Positions 50,446 to 62,412 of a stretch of 64,000 nucleotides of DNA are shown one piece after another. The stretch's first letter is position 1. Each line of letters opens with the position of its first letter. The notes beneath the pieces were generated by a model. The model searched no databases and was not told where the DNA came from. It was given only the letters and a program-made list of their open reading frames with translations. This DNA is from Octopus sinensis (Eukaryota). A program made the translations under genes and the position numbers. Location: positions 156,736,001 to 156,800,000 of the forward strand of contig NC_042997.1 of assembly GCF_006345805.1 (NCBI RefSeq), in the 5' to 3' direction.

Positions 50446-51879
50446 ACAATCTTTGACCAATTCTCAGCAAGCCTTCTCTATCATTCCTTTTCCCCCTCTT
50501 CCTTCCTCTCATTTGTACATGCATTTATGAGAATGTGGGTTCTTTTGTCCCTCTCTTCCTTTTGCTATTCTTTCTAAATTCTAGCTGTGAACTTCATCTG
50601 ACCTGGCCCTCATCATAGCCTCCTATTTTACTTAATCTCCTTGTTATAAACTGTAGTCTGCCTTTATCACCCCTTCCTTATTCTTTACTTTCTCCCTATC
50701 ATTTACCATCTCACACAATCTCTCTCTGTCTCTCTCTCTCTCTCTCCTTAATTTTATTACCATGTTCTTTTGAAATTTTTCACTACTTATGCTCAATCAA
50801 TTTAACAAACTCTTATATAAACCCTGGTATTATTTAATTTCAATGGCATTCTTTAAAATAATTATTATTATTGCTTTTTATTACCAAAATAACAAAACAA
50901 TAATTTAGAAATTTATTTGAACTTACAAAGAAGCAGAGACCAAATATTAATTATAAATATCCCCCCTCACACTGTAAAACCAAAAAACGACCAATTAGAA
51001 AGATTAAGAAAAAACAAAGGGGGAATATTAATTTGAGATGAAGGGCTCTGTCTAAACCATTAGAGATTTCTTTTCCATATGGCACTCAAAGAACAATTTT
51101 ATTCTTTACTAAATTAACTCAAGTTAATGCATAACACCACTAGCTTCTCTCTTTTTTTCTCACTAACACACACATACATATAAGATAAAATAAAATCATA
51201 AAATACCTGCACTTCATTCTAATTAGTAAAACGTTAAAGCACAATGCAAGACTAAAAGAACTGCATTACAAAATGCTGGAGGTAAAATAAATGATTGATA
51301 TTCCAAAAGGCGAATTCAAAAAAAGAAGCCAAAATTTATAGGCAAAACAATGTTGAATTTCTTTTGTTTATATTTCAAAACTGACTTTAATAAACTATCT
51401 TTACTCATGCAGTGTTGTGACTGCTATGTAAATTGCATAATAAATTATCTGCAAATATGAGAAACAAAGCTTTTAGTAATCTCTCACTTAAACAAGCCAC
51501 CATATGCATGTTTTTCATAATTCTTTGAGGACTTTCATATGGTTCTACTTGAGAAAGACTGGTTTTGTAAGCATTTATTATAACTTAAAGTTAGTAGTTT
51601 GAAAATTCTACCTCTATTTCCACGAGGACATTGAACTTGCGAAACTAACAAAAAACCTAAAAGGTTTATATGCAAGTAACTTATTAGATACAAGATTATG
51701 ACACAAAAGTTAGTAACAACTGTAGAAGAGCTCTAATGAGAATAAGGAACAATCAACTAAATAAATTAGTAAACCAGTAAGAATTTATAATTAAAGTTTT
51801 CTAACAATAGCAGAGATGGTTGAAACAGTAAGTGTTAGATAAAATTCTTTTGACAGTCATTATTGTCTATGTATATCTA

Positions 51880-52178
51880 TGTGGAGGCACAATGGCCCAG
51901 TGGTTAGGGCAGCGGACTTGCAGTCAGAGGATCACGGTTTCGATTCCCAGACTGAGCGTTGTGGGTGTTTATTGAGCGAAAACACCCAAAGCTGCATAAG
52001 GCTCCAGCAGGGGCTGGTGATGACCCCTGTTGTACTCTTTTGCCCCAACTTTCTCTCACTCTCTCTTCCTGTTTCTTGAGTAATGCTGTAATGGACTGGC
52101 GTCCCGTCCAGCTGGGGGGAACACATACACCATAGAAACCGGGCCCATGAGCCTGGCTAGGCTTTAAAAGGGCGCATA
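51880..52178 (+). mobile_element. SINE-C (variant a)
   Basis: Shares the head, the CORE-like block and the 3' gatggactggcgtcccgtccagctgggg...aggctttaaaagggc with 40146. Confidence 0.82.
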
Positions 52179-53867
52179 AATAAATATTTAAAAAATGTAT
52201 ATCTATGATCAAAAGGGGCCCAAGCTTGACAACAATACCATGTTAAAACACAATGTATCTAGGACTACATTATTTATCAAATGAATCCCTCTGTTTAAAG
52301 ATAGCAGAGGGAGATGTGGCTGCTATTTCTAGAAAGTTGACTGAGCATTAAAGGCAACCTTATTAACCTTACAGTATTCTTATAGCATTTATTTCAAGTC
52401 AAAATAACCTCAAAATTAATTTGTCTTGTCATTTCCCTGGGGTTTGGTAACATATAAATAGAATACACTGAAGTAACTGCCACACCCTTACAAATGTTGA
52501 GTGAGCACAGACCAAAAGAAACTAATATCAAAGTTCCCCATAGTTTTGAATCTCAGGTCAATTTAGGTTGAAGCTATTCAATCATTGAAACCCATATTGT
52601 AACACTGAACTTCAATACGGTCAACCACAACAATATTTTTACCTCAAATAAACAGCAGTTTTAAGTGTGCAAGATTTTTGTATTTGAACTTTTCAGATAA
52701 GTTTGTTAATCTTTTTTTTTTTTCTAAAGGAACATTGTTTTTTAACTAAAATAATATTTGATTGTTTAAAGAAATAGGCTTGTCTTATTAACTTTATTTT
52801 CATTTAAATAGTTGACCATATTGTTACCATATTTCCATTGAAATATGTTGCTCTTTCTTCAGTTGATTTTGAAAATAATAAAGGATGAAGAACAAAAAAA
52901 AAAAACCCCTAAGAATAAAGAGTTAAGAACAAAAAAAAAAAATTTGAAGGAAGGTTTTAATTTAGATTACATTAATACAGGAAAGCTAGTATCATAGAAG
53001 CAGGGGCAATCTCAGGTAATTTGTTATCTAAAAATTCATGTACCTGATGAGAAAACATCAAGTTAGACAGTTGAACAATTAATTCTTTTAAACTCATTTT
53101 CTTAATCAGTTACTTTTCCTTTGAGATATCACAAAACATCATCCAATTGATACAGGTATTCATTTATGAAAGCAATTTTCTACTTTTTTTTATATACATC
53201 ACTGACAGCCATATGATCTTTAATCTTTTCACTTGAAATAAATATTAAAAAAAAAAAACTCAGGAATACTTCCTGATAAAGGACCATGAATGTGTTCTTT
53301 CATGAGGAAGTTGCCCAGATCAATCAGATTAATAATATAAAAGGCTCGTTTGAGACATTTTTAATCTAATTTCTACTGTAGCTTAACTACTGTAACCTAT
53401 ATACATAATAAAGCTTCTATTTCCTGGTTTCATACCACTAAAAAAAAATCTTGAAAGCTCCTGGGGAAGAAGGAGTGACATGTAGTTTATTTAATCCCAC
53501 AGAACATCAGGACTCTAAACCATTTAAGTCTTGTTCTTTCCATATTTCTGAGAGATGCTGCTGCAACTCAATATTTTTAAATCAAAATTTTGAATTATTG
53601 AGTAAAATAATTTTTTTTTTTTGCAATTAAGCTGGTGTTTAGAATATAACAACAAAGGGTCCTGACATAAAACTACGCCAGAAGGTTTAAATCTAAATAT
53701 GGAAATAGGCACAGGCATAGCTGTGTGGTTAAAGAAGTTTGCTTCCTGATCACATGATTCTAGGTTCAGTCCTGCTGTGGCACCATGGGAAAGTGTCTTC
53801 TACTATAGCTCCAGCTCAACCAAAGTCTTGTGAATAGATTGAAGGGTAAAGAGTAATGACCCCCTTC

Positions 53868-54185
53868 AATCATGAATGACCATGAGATTGCACCTACAAA
53901 GTTCCCCCTCCAAGGCACAAGTTCAGGCAAATTTGTTTTATGGAAGACCAGCAGATGACCATGCATACCATTCTTCCCTCTCCATGCCACCGATGTTATC
54001 CAAGGGAAAGGCAAAGGCTGATACAGGTTGGCACCAATAATGTCGCAACTCATTTCTACAGCTCAGTGAACTGGAGCAAGGTGAAATGAAGAGTCTTGCT
54101 CAAGAACACAACACACAACCTGGTCCAAGAATCAAACTCAAAGCCTCATGATTATGAGCCTGATGCTCTAACCACTGAGCCATGC
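53868..54185 (-). mobile_element. SINE-C (variant b, different 3' module); related pieces at ~43440-43620 and ~18150-18310
   Basis: Same head up to ...aaatgagt, then gcgacatt...gcctttgcctttcccttggataacatcggtggc. Confidence 0.7.
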
Positions 54186-54499
54186 AAGTGGATTATGTAG
54201 ACAGAAATTCAAAAATTCTGTCATATATATATATTTGTGTGTGTGTGTGTGTGTGTATTAGTATCACATTGCCTTCATACTGTGTATTAGTGGTAAATGA
54301 TTGTCACTGTCATACAAGCAGTGTAATTTATTTCCAATACTCTGCAGAAACATATCTGAACATGGAGAAATATTACCTTGCTTGGAAACAGATGAAGGTT
54401 GGTGACAGGAAGGGTATCCAGCTGTAGAAAACCTGCTACAAAAACTCCATCGAACACATGCAAGCATGGAAAAGTGGACATTAAATCTATGATGAAAAC

Positions 54500-54736
54500 A
54501 ATAAAACAAGTTTTGCATCATAGAAGCAAAGGTGATCTCAGATGGGTTGGTACCAAAAGAATTAACAAAACTCATTGGTAGCCGATTTCTGAAACTGGAT
54601 TTAAGAATCTATGTTGAGAAGTAGGGATGTGATCTACAGAAGACCAGCTTCATTTTGATGTACAAATCATATTCCTGTGTTGGTAATTAATACCTGTCCT
54701 AAACAAAATGGCATTACTTTTTGACTCACCCTTGTA
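54500..54736 (+). mobile_element. Mariner-like 3' remnant
   Basis: The end reads (reverse) TA-CAAGGGTGAGTCAAAAAGTAATGC, a mariner-style TIR. Upstream TAT GTT GAG AAG TAG (YVEK*) resembles the mariner transposase C-terminus. No left TIR was found. Confidence 0.5.
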
Positions 54737-54940
54737 TAATAGGTACAAGGCCTGAAATTTGGGGGACAGGTTAAGTTGATTACATTGACCCCAGTACTCA
54801 ACTGGTAATTAATTTATCGACCCTGAAAGAATGAAAGGTAAAATCAATCTTAGTGCAATTTGAACTCGGAATGTATCGACAGGCGAAGTACCGCTATGCA
54901 TTTTGTCCATCATGCTAACAATTCTGCCAGCTCGCCGCCT
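54737..54940 (-). mobile_element. SINE-A
   Basis: Ends ...ctgccagctcgccgcctt (the head on the reverse strand). Confidence 0.75.
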
Positions 54941-55082
54941 TGTTCTGCTGGAAATAATAGCTAAATTCTTTGAAATTATGACGCTATACTCTTCTAAATA
55001 AAACAGACATTTTGGGCAATATCTTTGATATACAAAAAATAGGATTGCTAAAGCTGGACTGCCTTGTTATTGCTGTTGTTGT

Positions 55083-55294
55083 TTAACCCTTTTGTTACTG
55101 TATTTATTTTGAGATGTTCTGTTTTTGTTTCAATTACTTTAAATATAAATAACTTAGTTATCATTAAGCTAGTGTTAGGAACATAAATTGTGACTAAGAT
55201 TTGGTGGAAGATTTTAATTCAAAACTTATGAAAACAAGACATTTGTACTACAAAACTAGAGGCAGTTTCAGCCGAGTTGGTAACGAAAGGTTAA
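55083..55294. mobile_element. piggyBac-like MITE (family P1)
   Basis: TTAA-CCCTTTTGTTAC...GTAACGAAAGG-TTAA; co-linear with 56781-57010. Confidence 0.75.
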
Positions 55295-56524
55295 CCTACC
55301 AAATGATCTAGGGGATAAAAAAAACCACCACAATAATAGATATGTAAAGTTAGATAAAAATTAATTCAAATAAGGGAATTCTGAAATATTTGTGCTTCCA
55401 TCTACCTATGTCACCATTAAAAAGTAAGGTTGACTTATTATTCCCTGAGGGACAAAGCAAGTTCAGCAGGAATGGGGAAAAAACTAAAATAAAATCAATC
55501 CTTAGAGCTTTCAGCCTGTCTAAGACAACCCTTGATTCTATGATACAACTTCCTGTTTTAAAGTGATCTCAGTTAAACCTTCCATCAAAATTTCATATTA
55601 ATTCATGTTCCAAACATCAATTTAAGAATAATAAAACTATTTTGATAATTTCTTTATTATTTTCAAAATTAATTGAAGCAAATACAGAATATTTCAACAG
55701 AAATATGGTAAAAAAAAGGTTAAAACTGATTTTTCTTTTTAGCATATCCAGGAATCCAAGGAAACTGGCGGAGAAATTCTTATATCAATTTCACTACAGT
55801 TTCAAATACATTCATCTTTCTTGTACAATCCCAGCAGCAGAGAAACAATTAACTTTTACCAATGAACTGTGCCATTCCTTCTTTATTCAAGAATCAATGA
55901 ATCAACCTTTGACTCACCAATACCATTCATCCCCTCTATTAACAAACTATAAGCAATGAACTGTAGATTCTGTTACACTTAGTCATTCATACCGTGCTTC
56001 TGCACTACTCCTCTTATCACTTCGAATTGAACAGTTTCTTATAAAAGAAACACTTGTATTCTAGCAACTTAAAGTCAGAATTATTTTTTTCCACATTTGA
56101 AATGCTCTTTGAGACATAAAAATACATTTTACTAGTGTTTATATTTATGTCCAGTGAAAAGAGAGGACGCCAAGCTGTTAAAATCTCTGATTTCCTTGAA
56201 TAACTCAAGCTGATTTGTCACTTGGTAGTCTAAATTTGGTATACAGTTTGGAGCCTTAAAGTTCAGCAAATGTTAACTCATTGTTGGCAGATCCTGATAA
56301 AATATTTTCTCCTCTCCTCCTTACTATCTAAGATTACACACTAACTATACCACTCTAGGGCTGACCTGGGATTGTACAATAACCAGTTTTGACTGAACTT
56401 CAAACATTTCTCTGCTGTATTCAAGTACTTTTTGCCTTCCATTTTTATTTAAGTAATATTGTCATTTTTTTCCATACTGACTTGGTAACTTCTTTGGATT
56501 TTAAGAGTTATAAGTGAAGGCGAG

Positions 56525-56576
<52 letters not shown>

Positions 56577-56780
56577 TGTGTGTGTTAGCAAGCACGAGGA
56601 GAGAAAGATTTATAAAGAGAATATGTATGCTAATATATAATTTTCATATTTAAATTATGCTGAATTTAAAAGGATAATCTAAAACAGTGGGTCCCAAATA
56701 GTGTGTCACAGTGTGTAGTTGCATGACTGTGCCACAAGGAGTAAGCGTCCAGGTGAGCTTTGGATTTTGAAAAATACAGT

Positions 56781-57010
56781 TTAACCCTTTCATTACCGTA
56801 TTTAGTTTGAGATGCTCTGTGTTTCTTTCAATCAATTTTAAATATAACAAAGAATTTAGTAAAATAACTTAGTTACCATTAAGCTAGGGTTGAGAACATA
56901 AATCATGACTAAAGTTTGGTGGAAGATTTTAATTCAAATCTTAGGAAAACAAAACATTTGTACTACAGAGCCAGAGGCGGTTTCAGCTGGGTTGGTATTG
57001 AAAGGGTTAA
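56781..57010. mobile_element. piggyBac-like MITE (family P1)
   Basis: TTAA-CCCTTTCATTACC...GGTATTGAAAGGG-TTAA; 16/17 inverted match including the TTAA TSD. Confidence 0.82.
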
Positions 57011-57818
57011 GGCATTAGGAGATCCATAATAATGATTGGGCATGATGGAGACTGTGTAATTCATAACCCTGTAATACACAAGCATGCATATAATACTTTG
57101 TATTATATTCATACTATACACATATACATGTATTGTACACAAGTAGGCATAGCTGGGTGGTTAAGAAACTGACTTTGGAACTATGTGGTTGTTCCCTGTT
57201 CAAGCATTTCACACACCTCATAACAAAGGTCTCCAGTTTATTATCTACATTATTTCTGATGTGAATTTTACCTTTTTTTTGGTGGTTGTCATCAGCTGTT
57301 GATAATTTGTAATTCTTTAATTATTTTCCTGATGTAAAATTGGAAAGTGTTGTTTAACTGAATGCAAGATGTGGTTTCTAGGATTATGAGTGATTACAAA
57401 CGGAATATTTATATTTGTGTTGGTAAACATATAAAGCACTGGTGATGATGTCACATAAATAACACCCAGTACACCCTGTAAAGTGGTTGGCATTAGGAAG
57501 GGCATCCAGCTAAAGAAACCATACCAAAACAGACAACTGGAGCCTAGTTCAGCTCTTTGGCTTGCAAGCTCCAGTCAAATTGTCCAACCCATGCCAACAT
57601 GGAAAATGATGATGATGATGATGTATTTGCTTTTACCATCAGTGTGAGAGTTTCTCCATGAGGTTGGGATTTCTTTTATTTTGATTATGGCATGATTTAA
57701 ATTTTTAGGGTATTTTTGTCTAAGAAGGAACATATTTAGTTCTACCAGTTGTTTCTCACTGTGTCCATATAACTATTGAACATATATGTCTTGCCGTATC
57801 AAAGAAAAAATAATGTAG

Positions 57819-58165
57819 GTAACAAACTGTGGAGATCATCATTGCAGAACATGTGAAATAATTGAATAGGGAACAATCAAAAGATTGAAGAATGGGAAGG
57901 AATTGAAGGTGAATGCAAACATAAATTGTAAGTCAAAAGAACTCATTTACTGCATCACATGCCAACAATGCAATGAAAATTATGTCAGCCAAATAGGAAC
58001 AAGATTAATACATTGCATTGTTCCATGTAGTGAATATCTAGACATTAGTGCAAATGGAAAATTCAGAATATTACCTTAGTTTTAAAATAATAAAGGAAAA
58101 AAAAATGATCAACTACTAAAGGCCAAAGAAGAACATTGTTACTAAAAGCATGTTCCTCTACACAG
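57819..58165 (+). pseudogene. Penelope-like element relic: Cys-rich linker + GIY-YIG endonuclease
   Basis: One frame reads VTNCGDHHCRTCEIIE*GTIKRLKNGKELKVNANINCKSKELIYCITCQQCNENYVSQIGTRL...VPCSEYLDISANGKFRILP*, then ...LLKAKEEH. This gives CxxxxCxxC plus (L)IY...Y(VS/IG), as in PLE endonucleases, with stops and an internal deletion. Confidence 0.75.
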
Positions 58166-58463
58166 ATTACCCTTTAACAGGTGTGCCTGAAAAAATTAAC
58201 AACAAAAGTGCTTACACACACAATACAAAAGCTTCCTTCCAAAAGGTTTGTGTTATTTTGTTTTCCTAAGATTTTAAGAAATAGTTAATAATTTTTAAGA
58301 AAATTTTTCTTCATATATATATGTAAATGATCTCTTGGATATTGACTGATGAAGAATTAGCTACAAATTTTGTGTGTTATGGCTTTGTCAAATTTTTTTG
58401 TTAGTTTTTGTTAAATTTTCCAGTTGTTATGTTTTTATAAAAACCCTTGATATATATATATAT

Positions 58464-60073
58464 CGTCGTCGTCGTTGTTTAACGTCCGTTCTCCATGCTA
58501 GCATGGGTTGGACGGTTCGACCGGGGTTCTGGGAAGCCAGAAGGCTGCACCAGGCTCCAGTCTAATCTGGCAATGTTTCTACAGCTGGATGCCCTTCCTA
58601 ACGCCAACCACTCCGTGAGTGTAGTGGGTGCTTTTTACGTGCCACCTGCACAGGTGCCAGGCGGGGCTGGCAACGGCCACGGTCAGATTGGTGTATTTTA
58701 TGTGCCACCGGCACGGAAGCCAGTCGAGGCGGTGCTGGCATCGGCCACGAGTCGGATAGTGCTTTTTACGTACCACCGGACCAGGGATCCTGGCTGGTTC
58801 AATTCGATTTCGATTTCGCTTGCCCCAACATGTCCTCACAAGCAAAGGGGGTTGGCATGGGTGCCTGTCGTACGGTCGCATTGGAGTATTTTACGTGCCA
58901 CGGCCACGAGTCGGATAGTGCTTTTTACGTACCACCAGGCCAGGGATCCTGGCTGGTTCAATTCGGTTTCGATTTCGATTTCGCTTGCCCCAACATGTCT
59001 TCGCAAGCATGGGGGGTTGGCATGGGTGTCTGTCGTCGGATGAGGTTCTATATCGACTTCGCTTGCCTCAACCGGTCTTTGTGTCCAAGGGAGGAAAGGC
59101 ATTCATAAGTGGGCTGGGCTCACTTGTCCTGCCTGGTCTTCTCACGTACAGAATATTTCCAAAGGTCTCGGTCTCTGGTCATTTCCTCAGTGAGGCCTAA
59201 AGTTCGAAGGTCGTGCTTCACCACCTCGTCCCAGGTTTTCCTGGGTCTACCTCTTCCACGGGTTCCCTCAACTGCCAGGGATTGGCACTTTCTCACACAC
59301 CTATCTTCATCCATTCTCGCCACATGACCATACCAGCGCAATCGTCTCTCTTGCACACCACAACTGATGCTTCTTAGGTACAACATTTCTCTCAAGGTGC
59401 TAACGCTCTGTCGAGTATGTACACTGACATTACACATCCATCGGAGCATACTGGCTTCATTCCTCACGAGCTTACGCATGTCCTCAGCAGTCACGGCCCA
59501 TGTTTCGCTGCCATGTAGCATGGCTGTTCGTACACACGCATCATACAGTCTGCCTTTTACTCTGAGCGAGAGGCCTTTAGTCACCAGCAGAGGTAAGAGC
59601 TCCCTAAACTTTGCCCAGGCTATTCTTATTCTAGCAGTTACACTTTCAGCGCACCCACCCCCACTACTGACTTGGTCACCTAGATAACGGAAGCTATCAA
59701 CTACTTCTAGTTTTTCCCCCTGGAAAGTGACGGAAGTTGTTTTCTGCAGATTTTCGGAGGTTAATGCTCCCGAGCATCTGCCACATACAAAAACTATCTT
59801 CTCAGTTAGCCTACCTTTGACATTGCTGCACCTCTTATGTGTCCATAGCTTACACTGGGTACATCTTATAGAGTTTCTACCTACACCTTTTCTACAGATC
59901 GAGCAGGGCCATCTTCCTGAAGATATTTGTGGATTGTCTACCTTTCTACTTATTAGTACTTTGGTTTTAGCTAGGTTGACTCTAAGGCCCCTTGATTCTA
60001 AACCCTCCTTCCACACCTGGAACTTCTCCTCCAGTTCTGATAGTGACTCAGCAATAAGAGCAAGGTCGTCAGC

Positions 60074-60076
<3 letters not shown>
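58464..60076 (-). mobile_element. Young 5'-truncated RTE LINE; open frame from YADD to stop (318 codons)
   Basis: YADDLALIAESLSELEEKFQV runs into ORF 59120..60016 (...FRYLG...LHGSETW...LRWYGHVARM...RGRPRKTW). 3'UTR with internal repeats; (GAC)n-type tail at 58464. Confidence 0.95.

Positions 60077-60137
<61 letters not shown>
60075..60137. repeat. (TA)~31 microsatellite at the RTE 5' junction
   Basis: Direct reading. Confidence 0.95.
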
Positions 60138-60139
<2 letters not shown>

Positions 60140-60889
60140 AGGGTTTTTATAAAAACATAACAACTGGAAAATTTAACATATATATGCATATGGAGACGAT
60201 GACAAGTGATCATGACCTTTAGTGATTTGCAGTGCTTGAGAAGACTCATCAAGTGAAGTGAAATTGTAGCTGTGGCCAGTGACACATAAAAGGCAACCAC
60301 TGCACTCTCAGAGTGGTTGGCGGTAGGAAGGGCATCCAGCTGTAGAAAACTTGCCTAATCAGATTGGAACCTGGTGCAGCACCCTGGGTTACCATTTCCA
60401 GTCAATCCATCTAACCCATACCAGTATGGAAAGTGGATATTAAATGATGATGATGATGAAGAAAGATAATATATATATGTGTGTGTGTTTGTGTGTGTGT
60501 GTGTGTATGTGTGTGTGTGTGTGTATGTGTGTGTGTGTAAGTATATATATATATATATATATATAGAAAGATAGATAGATAGAGATATATAGAAATAGAT
60601 ATACAGATATAGATATATGTGCCTCTGTTACTCATTCCTCTATGGTGTCAGTGTGACCAAAGATAGCAGCAAATCTCTCCTCCTCATCATACCATGCTTT
60701 CAGTGTAACTAGGGATGTCACTGGAATTATTTGACCATCTCATCTCTCCAGTAAGCAAGTTATAATGACATTACCGTCATAGTGAGGATTGTGCTGAACA
60801 ACAGGCCATGTCGAATATTAGAGGCTTCCATGTCTTAATAAATAAAAATTGCTGACTGCTGAACTGTATTGATGTTTATTGATTAGTAG

Positions 60890-60992
60890 AAATGCAAGAT
60901 CAAATTAAGGATCTACCAAAGCTCATGAGGGATAGAGGTTCTTGGCATGGCATTGTGAAATGCATCGTGGCTGTGGCCACTTGAAGAAGAAT
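60890..60992 (+). mobile_element. Possible 3' end of a second, older RTE-like family
   Basis: QDQIKDLPKLMRDRGSWHGIVKCIVAVAT* resembles the M.DR..W terminal motif of RTE ORFs; followed by GAAGAA. Confidence 0.35.
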
Positions 60993-61384
60993 TAAAATAT
61001 TTTACAAAATTTTGGATTCCAACACAAAGTTTTATGTTATATTTTGAAGAGTTCTGCAATGTGATGAAGTGGCACATTTATTTATATGTGGTAAAAATGG
61101 CTCTGAGTGTGTGTCTGTGTGTGTTCTTATATATTTATTCAAATAAATAACACATGGCAAATGCTGGAATCATCACCATCAGCTACATAAAACAAAGTGG
61201 ACTGAAAAATAATGCGAGGAATTAACGTGAAAAAACATGAGTTATCTGAGACTTGCTTGTACAATGATTTGCAATAATTTGCAGTTCTGTTAGCAATTTC
61301 AGCATGTTGGTAATAGACATGCTGCAATTGCAGGAGTGATAATATATCCTCAAGAAATATTACAGAACATAAAAACGGAGGGAG

Positions 61385-61423
<39 letters not shown>

Positions 61424-62160
61424 GAGAAGGAGAAAGGCAGTTAAAATAATGGATAGAAAGAAAGATACAAAGAAGTTAATCACACAAAAAAATAGTTATT
61501 TTTATAAAAATGATTTATGTATAAATGCTATTAAGATTGGTTGATAGCTAGAATGAAAAGTAAAAAGGCAGGAGAACAATATCAATATTATGTTTCTGTT
61601 CCAGTTCAGTAAATAGCTGGTTGTTTTCATATATACTATATATGATATTGCCGATATTTTCATATATACTATATTATGGATTGCCGAGACTAGTTATGTT
61701 GGATATAACATGACTTACTCCATCACAGAAATTTTTGATATTAGTCAAGTTAGAAAAGACCCATTTGATTATATTTTAAACAAATAACATAATTTAAGAA
61801 TTACATCTCAAACTATGCTCAGTGCGGCAAGAATAATGTCTAAAGTCATTCACTTAATGCAGTAGTTTCCAATGTTTACTGTGAGATGTTACTAAGATGC
61901 ATGGTGAAAGTAAATAAAACTGTTTTTGAAACAATGTGAAAATTACTAGACTAGACTAGAACTATAAGTATAAAGTCTTGATAACTTGGCTTCATTTACT
62001 GAATAAAGAAAAAAATTACCTAATAATTTTCAGAGGTTTAGATTATATTTACAAACTTGCATATAAATGTTAAATGAGGTTATTAATCTAAAAGTTAGTT
62101 TAAGAATAACAACAGAACATTTACTGATGGGGTGACTTGACTCAATAATGTGATAATAGG

Positions 62161-62198
<38 letters not shown>

Positions 62199-62249
62199 AG
62201 AATATTGTAGTTTGCATGAAGTATTGAAAAAGGGAAAACAGGAAAGCTT

Positions 62250-62309
62250 CTGATGATGTGAAAAGTTTCACAAAACCTTTATATTTCGGGCGCAAAGGCC
62301 CATCCTCAG
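62250..62309. ncRNA. Two convergent hammerhead-ribozyme-like core motifs (candidate)
   Basis: Plus strand: CTGATGA-T-GTGAAA-AG-TTTCAC-AAAA (GAAA with G>A). Minus strand: CTGAGGA-T-GGGC-CTTTGC-GCCC-GAAA. Stems I and III were not convincingly assigned. Confidence 0.45.
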
Positions 62310-62412
62310 AAGAAAAACAGTCTGGGAAATGTCTAGTTATATAGGTTCTGTTAACCTATTCAAATTCTTTAGTGTTATGTTAGCAGTTGCAGTCACTCTA
62401 GATATATATATA

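Noticed and set aside
53396-53449. Strong minus-strand acceptor followed by TGG as candidate DOK7 'WK.RW' exon
   Set aside because: Reads WYENQEIEALLCI*, with no similarity and an in-frame stop.
55918-55960. 43-nt minus-strand candidate exon (ctacag|...|gtgagt, phase 0-1, FIAYSLLIEGMNGI)
   Set aside because: The phases would fit upstream of the PH exon, but the acceptor is weak and the peptide does not resemble the DOK7 N-terminus; needs RNA evidence.
61139-61483. 114-aa minus-strand ORF
   Set aside because: The N-terminal half derives from a (CT)n repeat; the rest has no recognisable domain or good donor.
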